Assembly: GCF_004010195.1 (NCBI RefSeq)
Contig: NC_057757.1
Span: 2,735,813-2,789,647, forward strand
Direction: 5' to 3'
Origin: Chiloscyllium plagiosum
Taxonomy: Eukaryota
Length of the DNA stretch: 53,835 nt
The notes below the pieces were generated by a model. The model was not told the origin of the DNA, made no database searches, and worked only from the letters and a program-made list of their open reading frames with translations. Of this stretch, positions 1 to 12,559 are shown in pieces (the stretch's first letter is position 1; each line of letters begins with the position of its first letter). The position numbers and the translations under genes are program-made.

Positions 1-352
1 TTTGGGGTTTACTCCAGTTTAATTTGGGGTTTATTTTGGGGTTTACTCCAGTTTAATTTGGGGTTTATTTTGGGGTTTACTCCAGTTTAATTTGGGGTTT
101 ATTTTGGGGTTTACTCCAGTTTAATTTGGGGTTTATTTTGGGGTTTACTCCAGTTTAATTTGGGGTTTATTTTGGGGTTTACTCCAGTTTAATTTGGGGT
201 TTATTTTGGGGTTTACTCCAGTTTAATTTGGGGTTTATTTTGGGGTTTACTCCAGTTTATTGTGGGGTTTATTTTGGGGTTTACTCCAGTTTAATTTGGG
301 GTTTATTTTGGGGTTTACTCCAGTTTAATTTGGGGTTTATTTTGGGGTTTAT
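1..352. repeat. 34-bp G/T-rich minisatellite, about 10 copies, continues off the left edge
   Basis: Unit TTTGGGGTTTACTCCAGTTTAATTTGGGGTTTAT; ACTCC recurs at 11, 45, 79 and onward. Confidence 0.95.
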
Positions 353-468
353 TCCCTGATGTCCCCCTTCCCCCCTCCAAAGGCCTGAAGCCAATCTCTG
401 AAACAAGGGCAATGCCCAATGAGAGCCCGACCCCTGACCCCTGACCCCCGACCCCTCCCCGGACTGAC

Positions 469-600
469 CTGAAGCGCAGGCCCCAAGCCTCCGGCTCCGG
501 CTCCAAAATGGCGCCGCAAAACAAATCTGCCCGACCACCTCACTCAGCCCCGGGACCGAGGGCGCTGAACCAAGGAATAAACCTCGCCTATTAAATAATC
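469..600 (-). promoter_or_regulatory. Putative promoter and non-coding first exon of an unidentified minus-strand gene
   Basis: CpG-rich patch; YY1-type AAAATGGCG at 505-513; minus-strand donor CTTCAG|GTCAGT with GT at 468-467. Confidence 0.5.
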
Positions 601-916
601 AGGTTGCAGCGCCCCACCGCTGTCCAGTGGCAATGGCCTAAAGTTTAGGGTGTTTGTTTCAAGTTTGGGTTTGAGTAGAACAGTAGCATTTATTGATCAC
701 AGATTGATTTACCAGCCGTGCAGAGGGCCTAGTGAGACACAAATCTAATACTGAAACCCCATAATGGTGACAGGATGGGTTTGGGGGCAGAAACCTTTAA
801 AATTTTAAGCAGGGTGACACAGAGACAAAAGTTCAGCAGGGTCTGGCAGTGTCTGTGAGAGAAAAGTTAAAAATCACACAACACCAGGGTTAGAGTCCAA
901 CAGGTTTATTTGGAAG

Positions 917-951
917 CACTAGCTTTCGGAGCGACGCTCCTTCGTCAGGTG
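917..951 (-). ncRNA. Minimal hammerhead ribozyme motif (family B)
   Basis: Minus strand reads CAC-CUGACGA-A-GGAGC-GUC-GCUCC-GAAA-GCUA-GUG: core boxes, stem II and stem I CAC/GUG. Confidence 0.75.
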
Positions 952-1381
952 GCTGTGGAGAATAAGATCGCAAGACACCACAAAAGTTTACAGTGTGATG
1001 AAACTGAAATTATATATTGAAAGAGACCTGGGCTGTTTGTTAAATTTCTCATCTTTCACAATGACCATGTTAGTTTTAGTTCTTTCCCAGAACTTTCTTA
1101 AAATTAACATTCTCAAGTGAACTTTAACAATAGGTGCCATGTCGGCCCAGATAATGTATTGAAGGTGTGAGCTTCCCTGCGTGAGGCTGTCTGTGCCCCA
1201 ATGGTCAGACTGATTCCACTCCAAAAAAGGGATTTACAGAATCTTACGTGGATTCATGCAGTTTTTGAGCAAAATAAAATGTAACTCTGCAATACAAATT
1301 CAACCCACAAACTTATATGTGTGTGTGTGTGGGGGGGGGGGGGGTGTCTGAATGTCTGTGAGAGGGTGTGTGAGTGTAGGT

Positions 1382-1890
1382 GTCGAGAGTGTGGTGCTTG
1401 AAAAGCACAGCAGGTCAGGCAGCATCTGAGGAGCAGGAGGATCGACGTTTCAGGCATAAGCCCTCCATCAGGAATAAGGCTTGTGGGTTGGGGCTGAGAA
1501 TTAAATGGGAGGGGTGTGGGGTTGGGGGGAGGTAGCTGGGAAAGTGATAGGTGAGGGAGAAGGTGATAGGTCAGAGGGAGCAGTGATGGACGGGGCCCGG
1601 AGGTTGGTGCCGAGTTGGAGGCTTGGGGGACTGATAATGTGGGGGGGGGGAAATGAGGAAGCTGCTGAAACCCACATTTATCCTGTGTGGTTGCAGGAAT
1701 ACGAGGCGTTCCTTCTCCAGGCATCGGGTAGGAACGGTTTAGCGGTGTAGGAGGAGGCCCAGGACCTGCATATCCTTGACGGAGTGGGAGTGGGAGTTGA
1801 AGTGTTCAGCCACGGGGCGGTGGGTGCAGGTGTCTCTGAAATGATTCACAAGAAGACAGCCTGTCTCTCTGATGTAGAGGAGACTTTGAG
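1382..1890 (-). mobile_element. Penelope-like element 3' fragment (family A)
   Basis: Similar to 49553-50030 and 10825-11280, which carry the RRLEEERLIFRLGTLQPHG tail; degenerate hammerhead at about 1441-1475. Confidence 0.75.
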
Positions 1891-2096
1891 CATATGAGAG
1901 AGAGCTTGTGTATGAGAGAGGGTCTACGTGAGTGTATGGGTCTGTAGGAGTGCGTGTGTGTGAATGAGAGAGAGAATGTGTAGTGCAATGGGGTCAACCT
2001 GTAGTGTGACATGAACCCAAGGTCCTAGTTGAGGCCATCCCCATGGGTACCGACCTTGGCTATCAGCCTCTGCTCGGCCATTTTGCTTTGTTGCCT

Positions 2097-2275
2097 GTGG
2101 AGAGAGAGAACAGAGTTAATGTTTCGGGTCCGGTGACCCTTCCTCGGAACCTGACCTGAAACGTTCACTCTGATTTCTCTCCACAGACGTTGCCAGACAA
2201 TGCTGAGCTTTTCCAGCGATTTCTGGTTTTGTCTCTGATTTACAGCATCTGCAGCTCTCTCGGTTTTTACTTTTT
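2097..2275. mobile_element. Short fold-back Penelope-derived element (family D) with a hammerhead remnant
   Basis: Minus strand 2115-2150 reads GUU-CCGAGGA-A-GGGUC-ACCG-GACCC-GAAAC-AUU-AAC; inverted arms; related pieces at about 19045-19125 and 19690-19790. Confidence 0.55.
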
Positions 2276-2409
2276 GGAAACGCAGGAAGGATGCTCCCGA
2301 CGGATTGGGGGAGTCCAGAAACAGGGAGAGGGTGGGGTCACAGTCTTCAGGACCGAGATGAGGAGAAATGTCTTCACCTGAAGAGTGTGGAAAATTTTGT
2401 TGTTCTGGG

Positions 2410-2670
2410 GGACACAGTTTCAAATCCTGCCAGGGCAGATGGTAGAATTCAGTAAAAAATCTGGAATTAAGAGTCTAAGGATGACCGTGAATCAATTATT
2501 GGAAAACCCCCATCTGGTTCACTGACGTCTTTACCTGGTCGGGCCTACACATAACTCCAGACCCAATGTGATTTGACCCTTAACAGCCCACCGGTCAATG
2601 GGGGAATGGGCAACAAATGCTGGGCCAGCCCGGGACACCCAAACCCCATGGATGAATTAAAATAAAAATT
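2410..2670 (+). mobile_element. Deu-domain SINE (SacSINE1/AmnSINE-like)
   Basis: CCCATCTGGTTCACT...TTACCTGGTCGGGCCTACACATAACTCCAGACCC core; related copies at about 25545-25815(-), 40860-41040(+), 48715-48810(+). Confidence 0.6.
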
Positions 2671-3364
2671 CTCTACCACAGAAAGTGGGTGAGACCAAAC
2701 ACTGAATGTCTTCAAGAAGGAGGCTGACACAGCGCTCAGAGCTAAAGGGTGTAGGGGAGAAAGCTGGGATAGGGGACTGAGTTGGATGATCATCTTGTGG
2801 CATGGGGTAGTAATGTCCCTCGTCTCTAGCCCAGGAGGCCTGTGTTCGAGGTCCATTTGGTGCTCCAGAGGTGTGTCTGAACAGACTGATCGAAAAAAGA
2901 TCAACTTTGAGATGCTGTTGTTACTTTCACACATAAACAGTGTGAAACTACCATGGCTTCAAGAGGTTATTTTGTCTTTTTTCTTGAAGAAAGGTTTTAA
3001 GACAGAGATACAGAGCTGTCTACTTGAATCCAGTAAACAGCTTGTGAGGCCTTGGGATTTTGTTTTTAGAAGCTGGAACAATAGAAGCAGCCTGAATGGG
3101 TGGGGTCAAGCTCTCTCAGAACCTGGATATTTTAGCTTCAGTTTTTCAGTGGCAGTTGCTGGGAGCTGGGAAGGTTTGGGAGCTGCAGCACATCTCTCCC
3201 TGCTCCTCTCTCTTTCTCTCCCTCTCCCTCTCAGAGTTTCCTCTTGATGGTTTTCCTCCTGGACTAGAGAATTGCCTATGTGACAATCTATTTTACTGAA
3301 TTTGCCATTGCCAAGGGTGCATTTATGGGATGTTACTCTATTGGAACAGTTACTGTTTCATCAT

Positions 3365-3945
3365 TAAATCAGACCCCATTGCATCATGGTAGCCCACAAA
3401 CCTACCAACACACTTAAACAGCGACTCATGAACCTAAAGGATCTATTAGATACTACAAGCAAAACTAACATCATTTATAAATTGCCATGCAAGAACAGTA
3501 AAAAAACACTAAATTGGACAAATAAGCAAGAACCTTGCCAGCAGGGTACACAAACACCAACTGGCCACAAAAGACACAACCCACTATCACTAGTTTCTAT
3601 ACATACAGACAAAGAAGGACACCACTTTCACCAGGACAACACACACATCCTAGGACAGGCGAAACAAAAACATGAACAAGAATTCTTAGAGGCATGGCAT
3701 TCTAACCAGAACTCCATCAATAAGCACATCGATTTAGACCCTATCTACCTTCTCTTGAAAGAAAAACCAGAAATGACATCACACACCTTAAGAAACTAAG
3801 ACCTATAAACAGAGAGGTGGGACATACCACCAGCACTTCACCAGAGACTCTCACTGATGATGTTACCTAGTCATGGTGACGAAACACCTGAAAATTAACC
3901 CTCCAGCTCAGCGAGCTAAGTTACAGGCTTAGCTACAAATCTTCT
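3365..3945 (+). mobile_element. Penelope-like element (family C, Penelope/Poseidon-like) GIY-YIG remnant
   Basis: ORF 3386-3799 contains NIIYKLPCK and EQEFLEAWHSNQNSINKHIDLDPIY; hammerhead motif follows at 3851-3891. Confidence 0.8.
3851..3891 (+). ncRNA. Minimal hammerhead motif (family C), cleavage triplet mutated
   Basis: UCA-CUGAUGA-U-GUUACC-UAGUCAU-GGUGAC-GAAAC-ACC-UGA; stem I UCA/UGA. Confidence 0.6.
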
Positions 3946-4269
3946 GTAGCTACAAAGTTATTCTGTTAACTTTTCCAACGGTCTGTTTCCGTGCTGTATA
4001 TCTCTATGACTCTATGTGCAGGCCAGGTGACTTGGCCATGCTAAATTGCCCATACTGTTAGGTGCGTTAGTTTGGGTGAGTTACTCTTCGGAGGGTTGGT
4101 TTGGACTTGTTAGGCCAAAGGGCCTGTTTCCACACTATAGGGAATCTAATCTAATTTTAAAAGAATACTGGAGATCACAGCGGGTCAGGCAGCATCTGTG
4201 GACAGAGAGCAAGCTAACATTTCGATTCCAGATGAGTCTTCAACTGTTTTCAGTTTCTGAACAGGATGT

Positions 4270-4680
4270 GGTTATGTTCCCTGGAGCGTCACAGGCTGAG
4301 GGGTGACCTTGTAGGGGTTTATAAAATCATGAGGGGCATGGATAGGGTGAATAGACAAAGTCTTTTCCCTGGGGTTGGGGAGTCCAGAACTAGAGGGCAT
4401 AGGTTTAAGGCAAGAGGGGAAAGATAAAGAAGAGACCTAAGGGGCAACTTTTCACACAGAGGGTGGTACGTGTATGGAATGAGCTGCCAGAGGAAGTGGT
4501 GGAGGCTGGTACAATTACAGCATTTAAAAGGGATCTGGATGGGTATATGAAAGGAAGGGCTTAGAGGGATAATGGACCAAGTGCTGGCAAATAGGACTAG
4601 ATTAATTTAGGATATCTGGTTGGCACGGACGTGTTTGATCGAAGGTTCTGTTTCTGTGCTGTACATCTCAATGTCTCTAT
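4270..4680 (+). mobile_element. CR1-type LINE 3' end (HER1-like)
   Basis: RLRGDL..VYKIMRGMDRV...SRTRGHRFK-type terminal coding sequence plus 3' UTR. Confidence 0.85.
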
Positions 4681-5637
4681 CCGAGAGGAACATACAAAGG
4701 CTGTAGGCTGCTTTGAGAATTGGTCAAACTGCAAACAGTCACTCAGTTGAGTGCTCGATGTTGGATTAACCTGATCGCGCCCGGGCAGCTGTCATGTCTG
4801 ATTGCAAGCTTGAAAGGTACTCGCTTTTCACAGAAACCTGACCACCGCTGACCGTGTGCTGCTCCCCACGGTGTGGGGAATCCCCAGGTTTAGGGACTAC
4901 CCCGTAAATGGATCCGAGGTATTCTGTTCAGACGTTTCGTAACGGTGTTTCGAATCACCAGGCATCCGGCTAAAGTGGAGAGGAGAGAAACCGCTCCCCC
5001 CTCGTTGACGGGGGTGGGGAATCAAGAACCAGAGAGTTGGAAGTAATTGGCAATAGCGGGTCCAGGGAAAGGTTTCTTTGTTCTGTCAGCGACATGGGGT
5101 TTGGAATGCGCCGTCTTGAGTGTGGAGAAGGCGGGGAGACTGAATTCAAGAGAGAGTTGGATTAGTGACTGAATCGGAAGATGGTGCAGGGCCGGGGGGG
5201 GAAGGAGAGCAAATCATTCCTGTCCAGTGCCAGGAGAGAAAATGGACTAAATGATCTGCTGTTCTGTATTGCGACTTTCCAGGACTCAGCACCATCGAAC
5301 TCAGGGCCTGTACACAAAGCAGACTGTACACAGGGGCAGTGGAGTTAAGTTTGGGGCCAGTGCAGATACAGCTGCATCGGGGCCATTTGATCCGGCAGGG
5401 ACTTGTGGGTGTCAGAGGAGGCACGATACAGCCAAAGAGGGGCAGCACTCGCTCACAGCAGCCGCAACAGCGAAGGGGACTTATGCCTGGTCACCACGCC
5501 CATGACAGAACATCTAACAGGGAGGACTGTAAAACTGGACACTATTACTTCACATTTCTGCTTTTATATTCTACGCTTTGGTTTACTTTAAGATGGGGCC
5601 AGAGTAGTAGTGACACTGTACAATACAATACAATACG

Positions 5638-5936
5638 TGGGTGGCACAGTGGTTAGCACTGCTGCCTCACAGCGCCAGAGACCCAGGTTCAATTCCCGCC
5701 TCAGGCGACTCTCTGTGTGAAGTTTGCACATTCTCCCCGCGTCTGCGTGGGTTTCCTCCGAGTGCTCCGGTTTTCTCCCACAGTTCAAAAAATGTGCATG
5801 TTAGGTGAATTGGCCATGCTAAATTGCCCGTAGTGTTAGGTGTAGGGGCATGGGGCTGGGTGGGTGCGCTTTGGCGGGTTGGTGTGGACTTGTTGGGCCG
5901 AAGGGCCTGTTTCCACACTGTAAGTAATCTAATCTA
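5638..5936 (+). mobile_element. Full-length tRNA-derived V-SINE (HE1-like)
   Basis: A box TGGCACAGTGG, B box GGTTCAATTCC, V-domain, (TAATC)n tail. Confidence 0.9.
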
Positions 5937-5967
5937 AAATACATGTGACAATAAATCAATCAAACCA

Positions 5968-6540
5968 AATAGATAGGGTGAACAGCAAAGGCTTTTTCCC
6001 CTAGGATGGGGCAAGTTCAAAATTAGGGAGCATATTTTTGAGGGGAGAAAGATTTAAACAGGACACGAGGGGCAACTTTTTTTAAAAACACAGTGGTTCG
6101 TGTGTGGAATCAACTTCCTGAGGATGTGGGTACGGTTACAACATTTTAAAAGACATTTAGATAAGTTCGTGAATAAGAAAGGTTTGGAGGGATATGGGTC
6201 AAGATTAGAGTGGTGCTGGAAAAGCACAGCAGGTCTGGCAGCATCCGAGGAGCAGGAGAATCGACGTTTTGGGCAAAAGCCCTTCATTAAGAATACAGCT
6301 CTATTCCTGATGAAGGGCTTTTGCCTGAGAACGTCGATTCTCCTGCTCCTCGGATGCTGCCTGACCTGCTGTGCTTTTCCAGCACCACTGTAATCTAGAA
6401 TCTGGTTTCCAGCATCTGCCATCTTCACTTTCACCTTGGAGGGACATGGGCCAGGAGCAGGCAGGTGGGATTGGTTTGGGATTATGGTCAGCATGGACTG
6501 GTTGGGCCGAAGGGTCTGTTTCGGTGCTGGATGACTCCAA
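5968..6540 (+). mobile_element. CR1-type LINE 3' end interrupted by a fold-back element
   Basis: Same 3' motifs as 4270-4680; split at 6202-6435. Confidence 0.8.
6202..6435. mobile_element. Fold-back mini Penelope-like element (family A) with 18-bp TSD
   Basis: About 95-bp inverted arms; TSD TTGGAGGGA(T/C)ATGGG(T/C)CA at 6184-6201 and 6436-6453; CTGATGA box at 6307. Confidence 0.85.
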
Positions 6541-8689
6541 ACCTCTCGGGCGGCAGACATATACTTGGCAGTTAGTGGGTAGGGTTGTCACAACATCACT
6601 TGGCTTTCAAAATGGAACTGGATGAACATTTGAAGGAGGGGGGGGGAGTTGCTGAGATAGAGGGAAGAGGAGGATTATAAATGGATGGCTCTTTGAGCAA
6701 GAGGTCATAGTTTCAGAGTAAAGGGGGCAGCAGATTTCAAACTGAGGAGGAGGAATTATTTCTGTCAAAGCCATGGAATTACACACACTCAGGGAATCGA
6801 CCCCAGGTCCCTGGCACTGTGAGGCAGCAGTGTGATCCACTTCGCCACCCAATCTTTGAAATACTTGAACCAAAGGGAACCCAAATGCAGGACACAATGT
6901 AGTCTGAAAATGATCCTTTATTATTCTGTTACATACTGAAGTACAAAACACATTCAAAATGAAGCAAATATAAATTTCAGGTGTATATAGAGGCAGGTGA
7001 CTATAAAAGTAGGAACTTACATGTGGATTGAGAACGGGCTCATCTGAGGTAGCAGAAACTGTGGCAGTGACCAAGTAGACAAACACGGCCGACATTAACT
7101 CAATGTGAGCACTTTGATTTGAAGACAGGATGTGGGAAGAGAACACAGTTACTGCCAGATGTGAGATATTTACCTCTTACCGACCTGTCTGCTCCTTCGT
7201 GAAGACCTGTGTGTGTGGGCGTGGGTGTAAGAGCCCTCAGAAAGTGTGTGTTACGGAATAGAAGGAAAACAAAAGTCAGGGGGCGTTTGCTAACACACCG
7301 ATTCCCCGGGACAGTGAGCTCCGGGTCAGGAATGACCATACAGCACTATCTTCAATGTTCCTTTACAGCCAGGGTAGGGCACCAGGGAAATCTATGTCCA
7401 CGCAGCACCCTCAGGCTAGGTTAGTGAGCTCCTCTGCTTCAGTTGGGAACTTAACCACTTGGAAAAGCTCATCGACAAAGTGGGCCCAGCAGTGGAGAGA
7501 GGGCACCTGAGGGCAGCAAGTTCGTGGGTCTGGTACAGGTGAGACGGTGGAGGGCTGGAGGTGTAGGTGTTGTTGGTGGGTCTGGTACAGGTGAGACGGT
7601 GGAGGGCTGGAGGTGTAGGTGTTGTTGTTGGGTCAGGTATCGATGTGATGGTGCTGGTCAGCCATTCAAAATGTCGAGGATTAACAGAAGGGTTCACCAC
7701 CCGTGTCATAACAATACTGTATTCAGTAGTATCCTGCATTAAGTAGATATTTAAATTATATTGGAGTGTGTACCTTACACTATAAAACATTAAACTATTT
7801 ACAATTACCCAAAACTAAAATTCTACAAGACAATTACACTCTAGAGTCTAAAATGACTTAAAATATACCACAGAATATATCTGACACTGTCTTTTTTAAA
7901 AATTTGCATTGATAAAGTCCATTTAAAGTAGCAAAACATTGCAAGGTGACTAAAAGGATATTATCAGGCAGTTTAATCCTGAGCCACAAAGGAATATTAG
8001 ACTAGAGATAAAAAGTTTGGCCATAGGTAAAAGTTTATGGTGTTTTCAAGGAGAAAGCAAAAGGTGAATACACGAGAGGTGTACAGAGTTCCAGAGTCTG
8101 GGTGTCAGCAGATGAACCAAGTAGTGTAACTTGATCTTTTAAATAAACTGTGCAAGTAGTAACATGCATCATTTGCTGAAGATCACAAAATATTACACTC
8201 AACTCACTTTTTCAATTGCTCTGAATTACTTTTTCAACAATAGCCTATACAGTTTCATCGTAAATAGTATTGGGAACTTGACACCATGCATTTTCTACTA
8301 AACTCACCATGAACTAGACTATTGGTTTGTGGCACAAGTGTATCCCAAAGGCAGATATTCCTAGATGGGAAGAAAAAGTAATTGTGATAAAAATACTTTG
8401 TATCATCAACTTTCATCTTTCTGTTTTGCAAAAAGGTCAATCAAACTTGTGTGGCTATCATTTGTAGCCAAATCCTGTGCTGTGAACTCAATGTTTCTTT
8501 TAATTAAAAGATAATTGTCAGTGTTTCATTAGTTTCTGAACAGATTTGACCAATAAAAGGGGGAAAAAAAATCCAGACAAGATGTGAAAGAAAATTAGTG
8601 TAGAGAAAACAAATTAGTGTCGAGAAAGAAATGCACAGATAGATTGGAGAATAACCAACTGAAATGTGTAGATACAAAAATCAAAAATA

Positions 8690-10800
8690 TACAGAGATTC
8701 ATAGAGTTGTCACAGTGCAGGTGGACATTCAGCCCATCATGCCTGCATCAGTTATGTGTGCATTTTAACTAAGTGCTTTTCCCCATAGCCAGGCACATTA
8801 TTTAATCAGAAACAATTGTCCAATATTCTATTCGATGGTTCTATAGAACCCACCTCCATCATACTTTCAACCACCGTATTCCACACCTTAACTACTGTGA
8901 AAATGTTTTCTCACCTTGCATTTACTTGTTTTGAAAAACACTTTTAAAATGTGCCCTCTGGCTCTTGATCCATTTAGGAGGGGGAGTGGTTTAAGCCTAT
9001 TCATTCTGTCCAGATTCTTCATGATTTTGCAAACCCCTCTTAGCTGTCTCTCCAAGGTAAAAACAGTACCAACTTCTTCAATCATTCCATAGAACTGAAA
9101 TGTTTCATCCTTGGAATCATTCTCATAAACCTCTTCTGCACTTCACCAATGTATTCACATCCTTCCTGTAGTATGGTACCCAGAACACTACACAATATTA
9201 CAGCTGACATCTAACCAGCGATTCACCAAATTTCAACATAAACACCCTGCTCTGAAACGGTGTCCCTATTTATGAAGCCGAGAATGTTCTATGCTTTATG
9301 AACAATTTTCTCTCGACATGTGCTTCTTACTTTCAAGGTCTTCTGTACTTATACACAGAGGTTGCACACTTTTTGTGCACACTTTTTAGAAAGTTACCCT
9401 TTCCAGGATGGCAGTGAAGTAGCAGGGCTGCTTGCAGGCTCTTGCCCAGGGCTCATCTGCTTCCATCTGCTTTCTTTCTTATTTTTTTCTTTTAATTCTG
9501 CTCTTTTTCTTTTGTTTTTCTTTTTTTAAAAATTTTAATTTTCTTTGGTGGGTTAGTTGGCAGTATCAGTATGGCAGTTAGTGTGCCATGCATTGAGTGG
9601 TGGCAGCTTCTCGACAATCGGAGATGGCAGAGGTAGCAGACGCTTGGTAGGATGGCAGCCTGACTTGGCAGCAGAGCCAGTGATTTCTGGTTTCAGAAGG
9701 CCCAGAGCAAGGACTCCTGGTGTTGGCCAGGTAGTGGCTGCCGCATGGAAGGCTGGGAGTGGGGATTCCTGGTGTCATCAAGGCAGCTGCGGAGCCAGGG
9801 AAATCTGAATGCAGTCATGGTAGGCCCAGAGCAGAGACTCCTGGTCATCTGCAAGGTAGCAGTGGCAGCGGCAACAGAGATTCCAAACGAATCCAAGTTT
9901 TTTTCATGGGACTACTAACTTGATCCCAAGTAATGGTTGCTAGAGGTTCTCCCACTTCGAAAGTTAAATTGACTGGTCATAAATGTTGTGTCAATGTTTT
10001 CAATTCTCCTTATTCCTCATGCACAACCGCCAGAATCCAGACAGATTCCAAAGATAACGGTCACTGCCTCTTCAATTTCCATTCTTGCTTCCTTCAATAT
10101 CCTTTAATGCATCTCATTGGTTTTGGTTTTGATAACTTTTGTAACAAATTCTTCTCATCAATTTTAAACACTTTAGTTATTCCTCCTCAGTCATTGTCAC
10201 CTGGGCACTATTTGCCATTTAGGTAAAGACAGATGCAAAGTGTTTATTTACTACCTCAGAATTTCTCTTCCCTCAAGGTGTCAATCCCTTTCCTGACTCT
10301 ATTCCTACTTGTACAATCCTTTTCTTACTGATATACTTTAAGACGATTCTGGGATTTTTAAAAAATGTTAGTTGCCAGCCTTTATTTATTGTGCCTCCTT
10401 GGCTTATGTTTGTTTTTCCAACTTCCTTCCGAACCATGTGAATTCAGTTTGGTTTGCAAATGTATTTACCATGCAACAATTCAATTTGTATTTCTTTTGT
10501 TATTTTCTAGGGAGTTCAGGATTTGCTTGTCCTACATTTTCTTTGAGGGAATACACCTTGACTGTATCCAAAGCAACTCCTCTTTGAGGGTAACCGGTTG
10601 TTCAGCCATTGTTCCTCCTGCCCGCCTTGGGTTCCAGTTGATCTGACCCAACTCTTGCCCCACTGAAGTCTGTTCTCTACCAGTTGTTCATTCTCATTCT
10701 GGATTGATCATTGTCATTTTCTACCATCTTCCTAAACCTGATCACTCACTTGATCCAAGTGGCTGACTTCATTCCCATAACTGGATCTACCTGCGGCTCT
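8690..10800 (-). mobile_element. Old, degraded CR1-type LINE remnants with a GC-richer insert at about 9410-9900
   Basis: ORF 8888-9085 LERQLRGVCKIMKNLDRMN...RARGHILKV resembles the CR1 ORF2 C-terminus. Confidence 0.55.
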
Positions 10801-10824
10801 TGTTGTAACACAGCTGTAAGAAAT

Positions 10825-12100
10825 TAGGAGAAAGTGAGGAGTGCAGATGGAGCTCAAAGTCAAGAGTGTAGTGTTGGACAAGCACGGCAGGTCAGGCAGC
10901 ATCCGAGCAGCAGGAGAATCGACATTTCAGGCACAGGTCCTTCATCAGGATGAAGCTTGTGGGTTGAGGCTGGGTTTGGAGGGGAAAGGTAGCTGGGAAA
11001 TTGATAGGTGTATGAAAGAGGGGGGAGAAGGTGATAAGTCAGAGGAGGGACTGGTCTGGAGGGCGGTGCGGAGCTGGAGGCTCGAGACTGGGATAATGTG
11101 GGGGAAGGGAAAATGGGGAAGCTGTTGAAACCCACATTTATCCCATGGGGTTGCAGGGTTCCAAGGCAGAATATGAGGTGGTGTTCTTCCTCCAGGCGTT
11201 AGGTGGTAATGGTTTGGCCTTGGAGGCGGCCCAGGACCTGCATGTCCTTGATGGAGTAGGCGGGGGAGTTGAAATGTTCAGCCCTCCGCGATCGTGGAGG
11301 GAGGCGGCCATCTGGGACTTTGAGGTGGAATTGGTCATCTGGGAACAGATTCGGCGAAGTTGGAGGACTTGGGAATAAGGGATGGCGTTTTCACGCGAGG
11401 TAGCTGTGGGAGTCAGTGGTCTTGTAGTATACATCTGTGGTTAGTCGGTCACCAGAGACAATGATGGAGAGGACCAGGAAGGGGAGGGAGGTTTCCAAGA
11501 TGGTCCAGGTGAACTTGAGGTCTGGGCGGAAGGTGTTGGTAAAGTTGATGTACAGTTCAACCTCCTTGTGGGAATACGAGGCGGCACTGATACAGTTAGT
11601 GTAGCAGAGGAACAGGTGGGGGTGGTGCCAGTGTAACTGGACTGTTCCACATATCCAACAAACAGGCAGACATAGCTGGGTCCTCTGCGGGAGCCCATGG
11701 CTACCTCTTTCATTTGGAGGAAGTGGGAGGATTGGAAGGAGAAGTTGTTGAAGGTGAGGACCAGTTCAGCCAGGTGGATGAGGGCATCGGTGGGAGGGTA
11801 CTAGTTGGGACAGCATGAGTGGAAGAAATGGAGGGCTTAGAGATTGATGTGTACAGGGACTGGATGCCCATGTGAAGACGGGGAAACGAAAATCTTGGAG
11901 GAGGTGAAGGGCATGTGTGCTGTCACAAATGTAGGTGGGGAGTTCCTGAGCTAAGGGGGACAGGACAGTGTCGAGGCAGGAAGAGAGGAGTTCAGTGGGA
12001 CAGGCGCAGGCTGAGACAATGGGTGGACTGGGGCAGTCAGGTTTTGAATATTCTGAAGGAGGTAGAATCAGGTAGTGTGGGGTTCACGGACAGGGAGGTT
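10825..12100 (-). mobile_element. Penelope-like element (family A), degraded RT plus endonuclease tail
   Basis: VAMGSRRGPSYVCLFVGYVEQS (RT motif) and AIPYSQVLQLRRICS; frameshifted. Confidence 0.85.
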
Positions 12101-12109
12101 GGAGACTGT

Positions 12110-12495
12110 GGATGTGCAGGAGAATTGACGTTTTGGGCATAAGCCCTTCATGAGACTTGAGGGTTGGGGCGGAGAGATAAATGGGAGGGGAGGTGGGGTT
12201 GGGGAGAAGGCAGCTGGGAAAGATATAGGTGGATTAATGCGAGGGAGAAGGTGATAGGTCAGAGGGGGGAAATGATGGTCAGGGGGGCGGTGTCGTGTTG
12301 GAGGCTTGGGACTGGGATAATGTGGGGGGGAGGGGAAATGAGGAAGCTGCTGAAATCCACATTGATCCCGTGTGGTTGCAGGGTCCCAAGGCGGAATATG
12401 AGGCGTTCCTCCTCCAGGCGTCGGGCGGTAACGGTTTGGTGGTGGAGGCGGCCCAGGGCCTGCTTGACGTTGACAGACTGGGAGGGGGAGTTGGG
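12110..12495 (-). mobile_element. Penelope-like element (family A) 3' fragment
   Basis: RRLEEERLIFRLGTLQPHGINVDFSSF. Confidence 0.85.
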
Positions 12496-12559
12496 TGCAG
12501 GTGTCAAAATGGCGCCAGCCTGTGGCAGTAGTTGAAACCTTTCACTGTTATTATTCACC

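Larger units (their letters stand above)
866..2095 (-). mobile_element. Penelope-like element 3' end (family B), interrupted by a family A element
   Basis: KMAEQRLIAKVGTHGDGLN endonuclease tail at about 2025-2095; 866-1380 resembles 33176-33700; hammerhead motif at 917-951. Confidence 0.75.

Noticed and set aside
5638..5710. tRNA gene
   Set aside because: A and B boxes belong to a SINE head that continues into the V-domain and tail; many copies in the window
7524..7636. Two-copy 52-bp tandem repeat
   Set aside because: Short low-complexity duplication with no evident function
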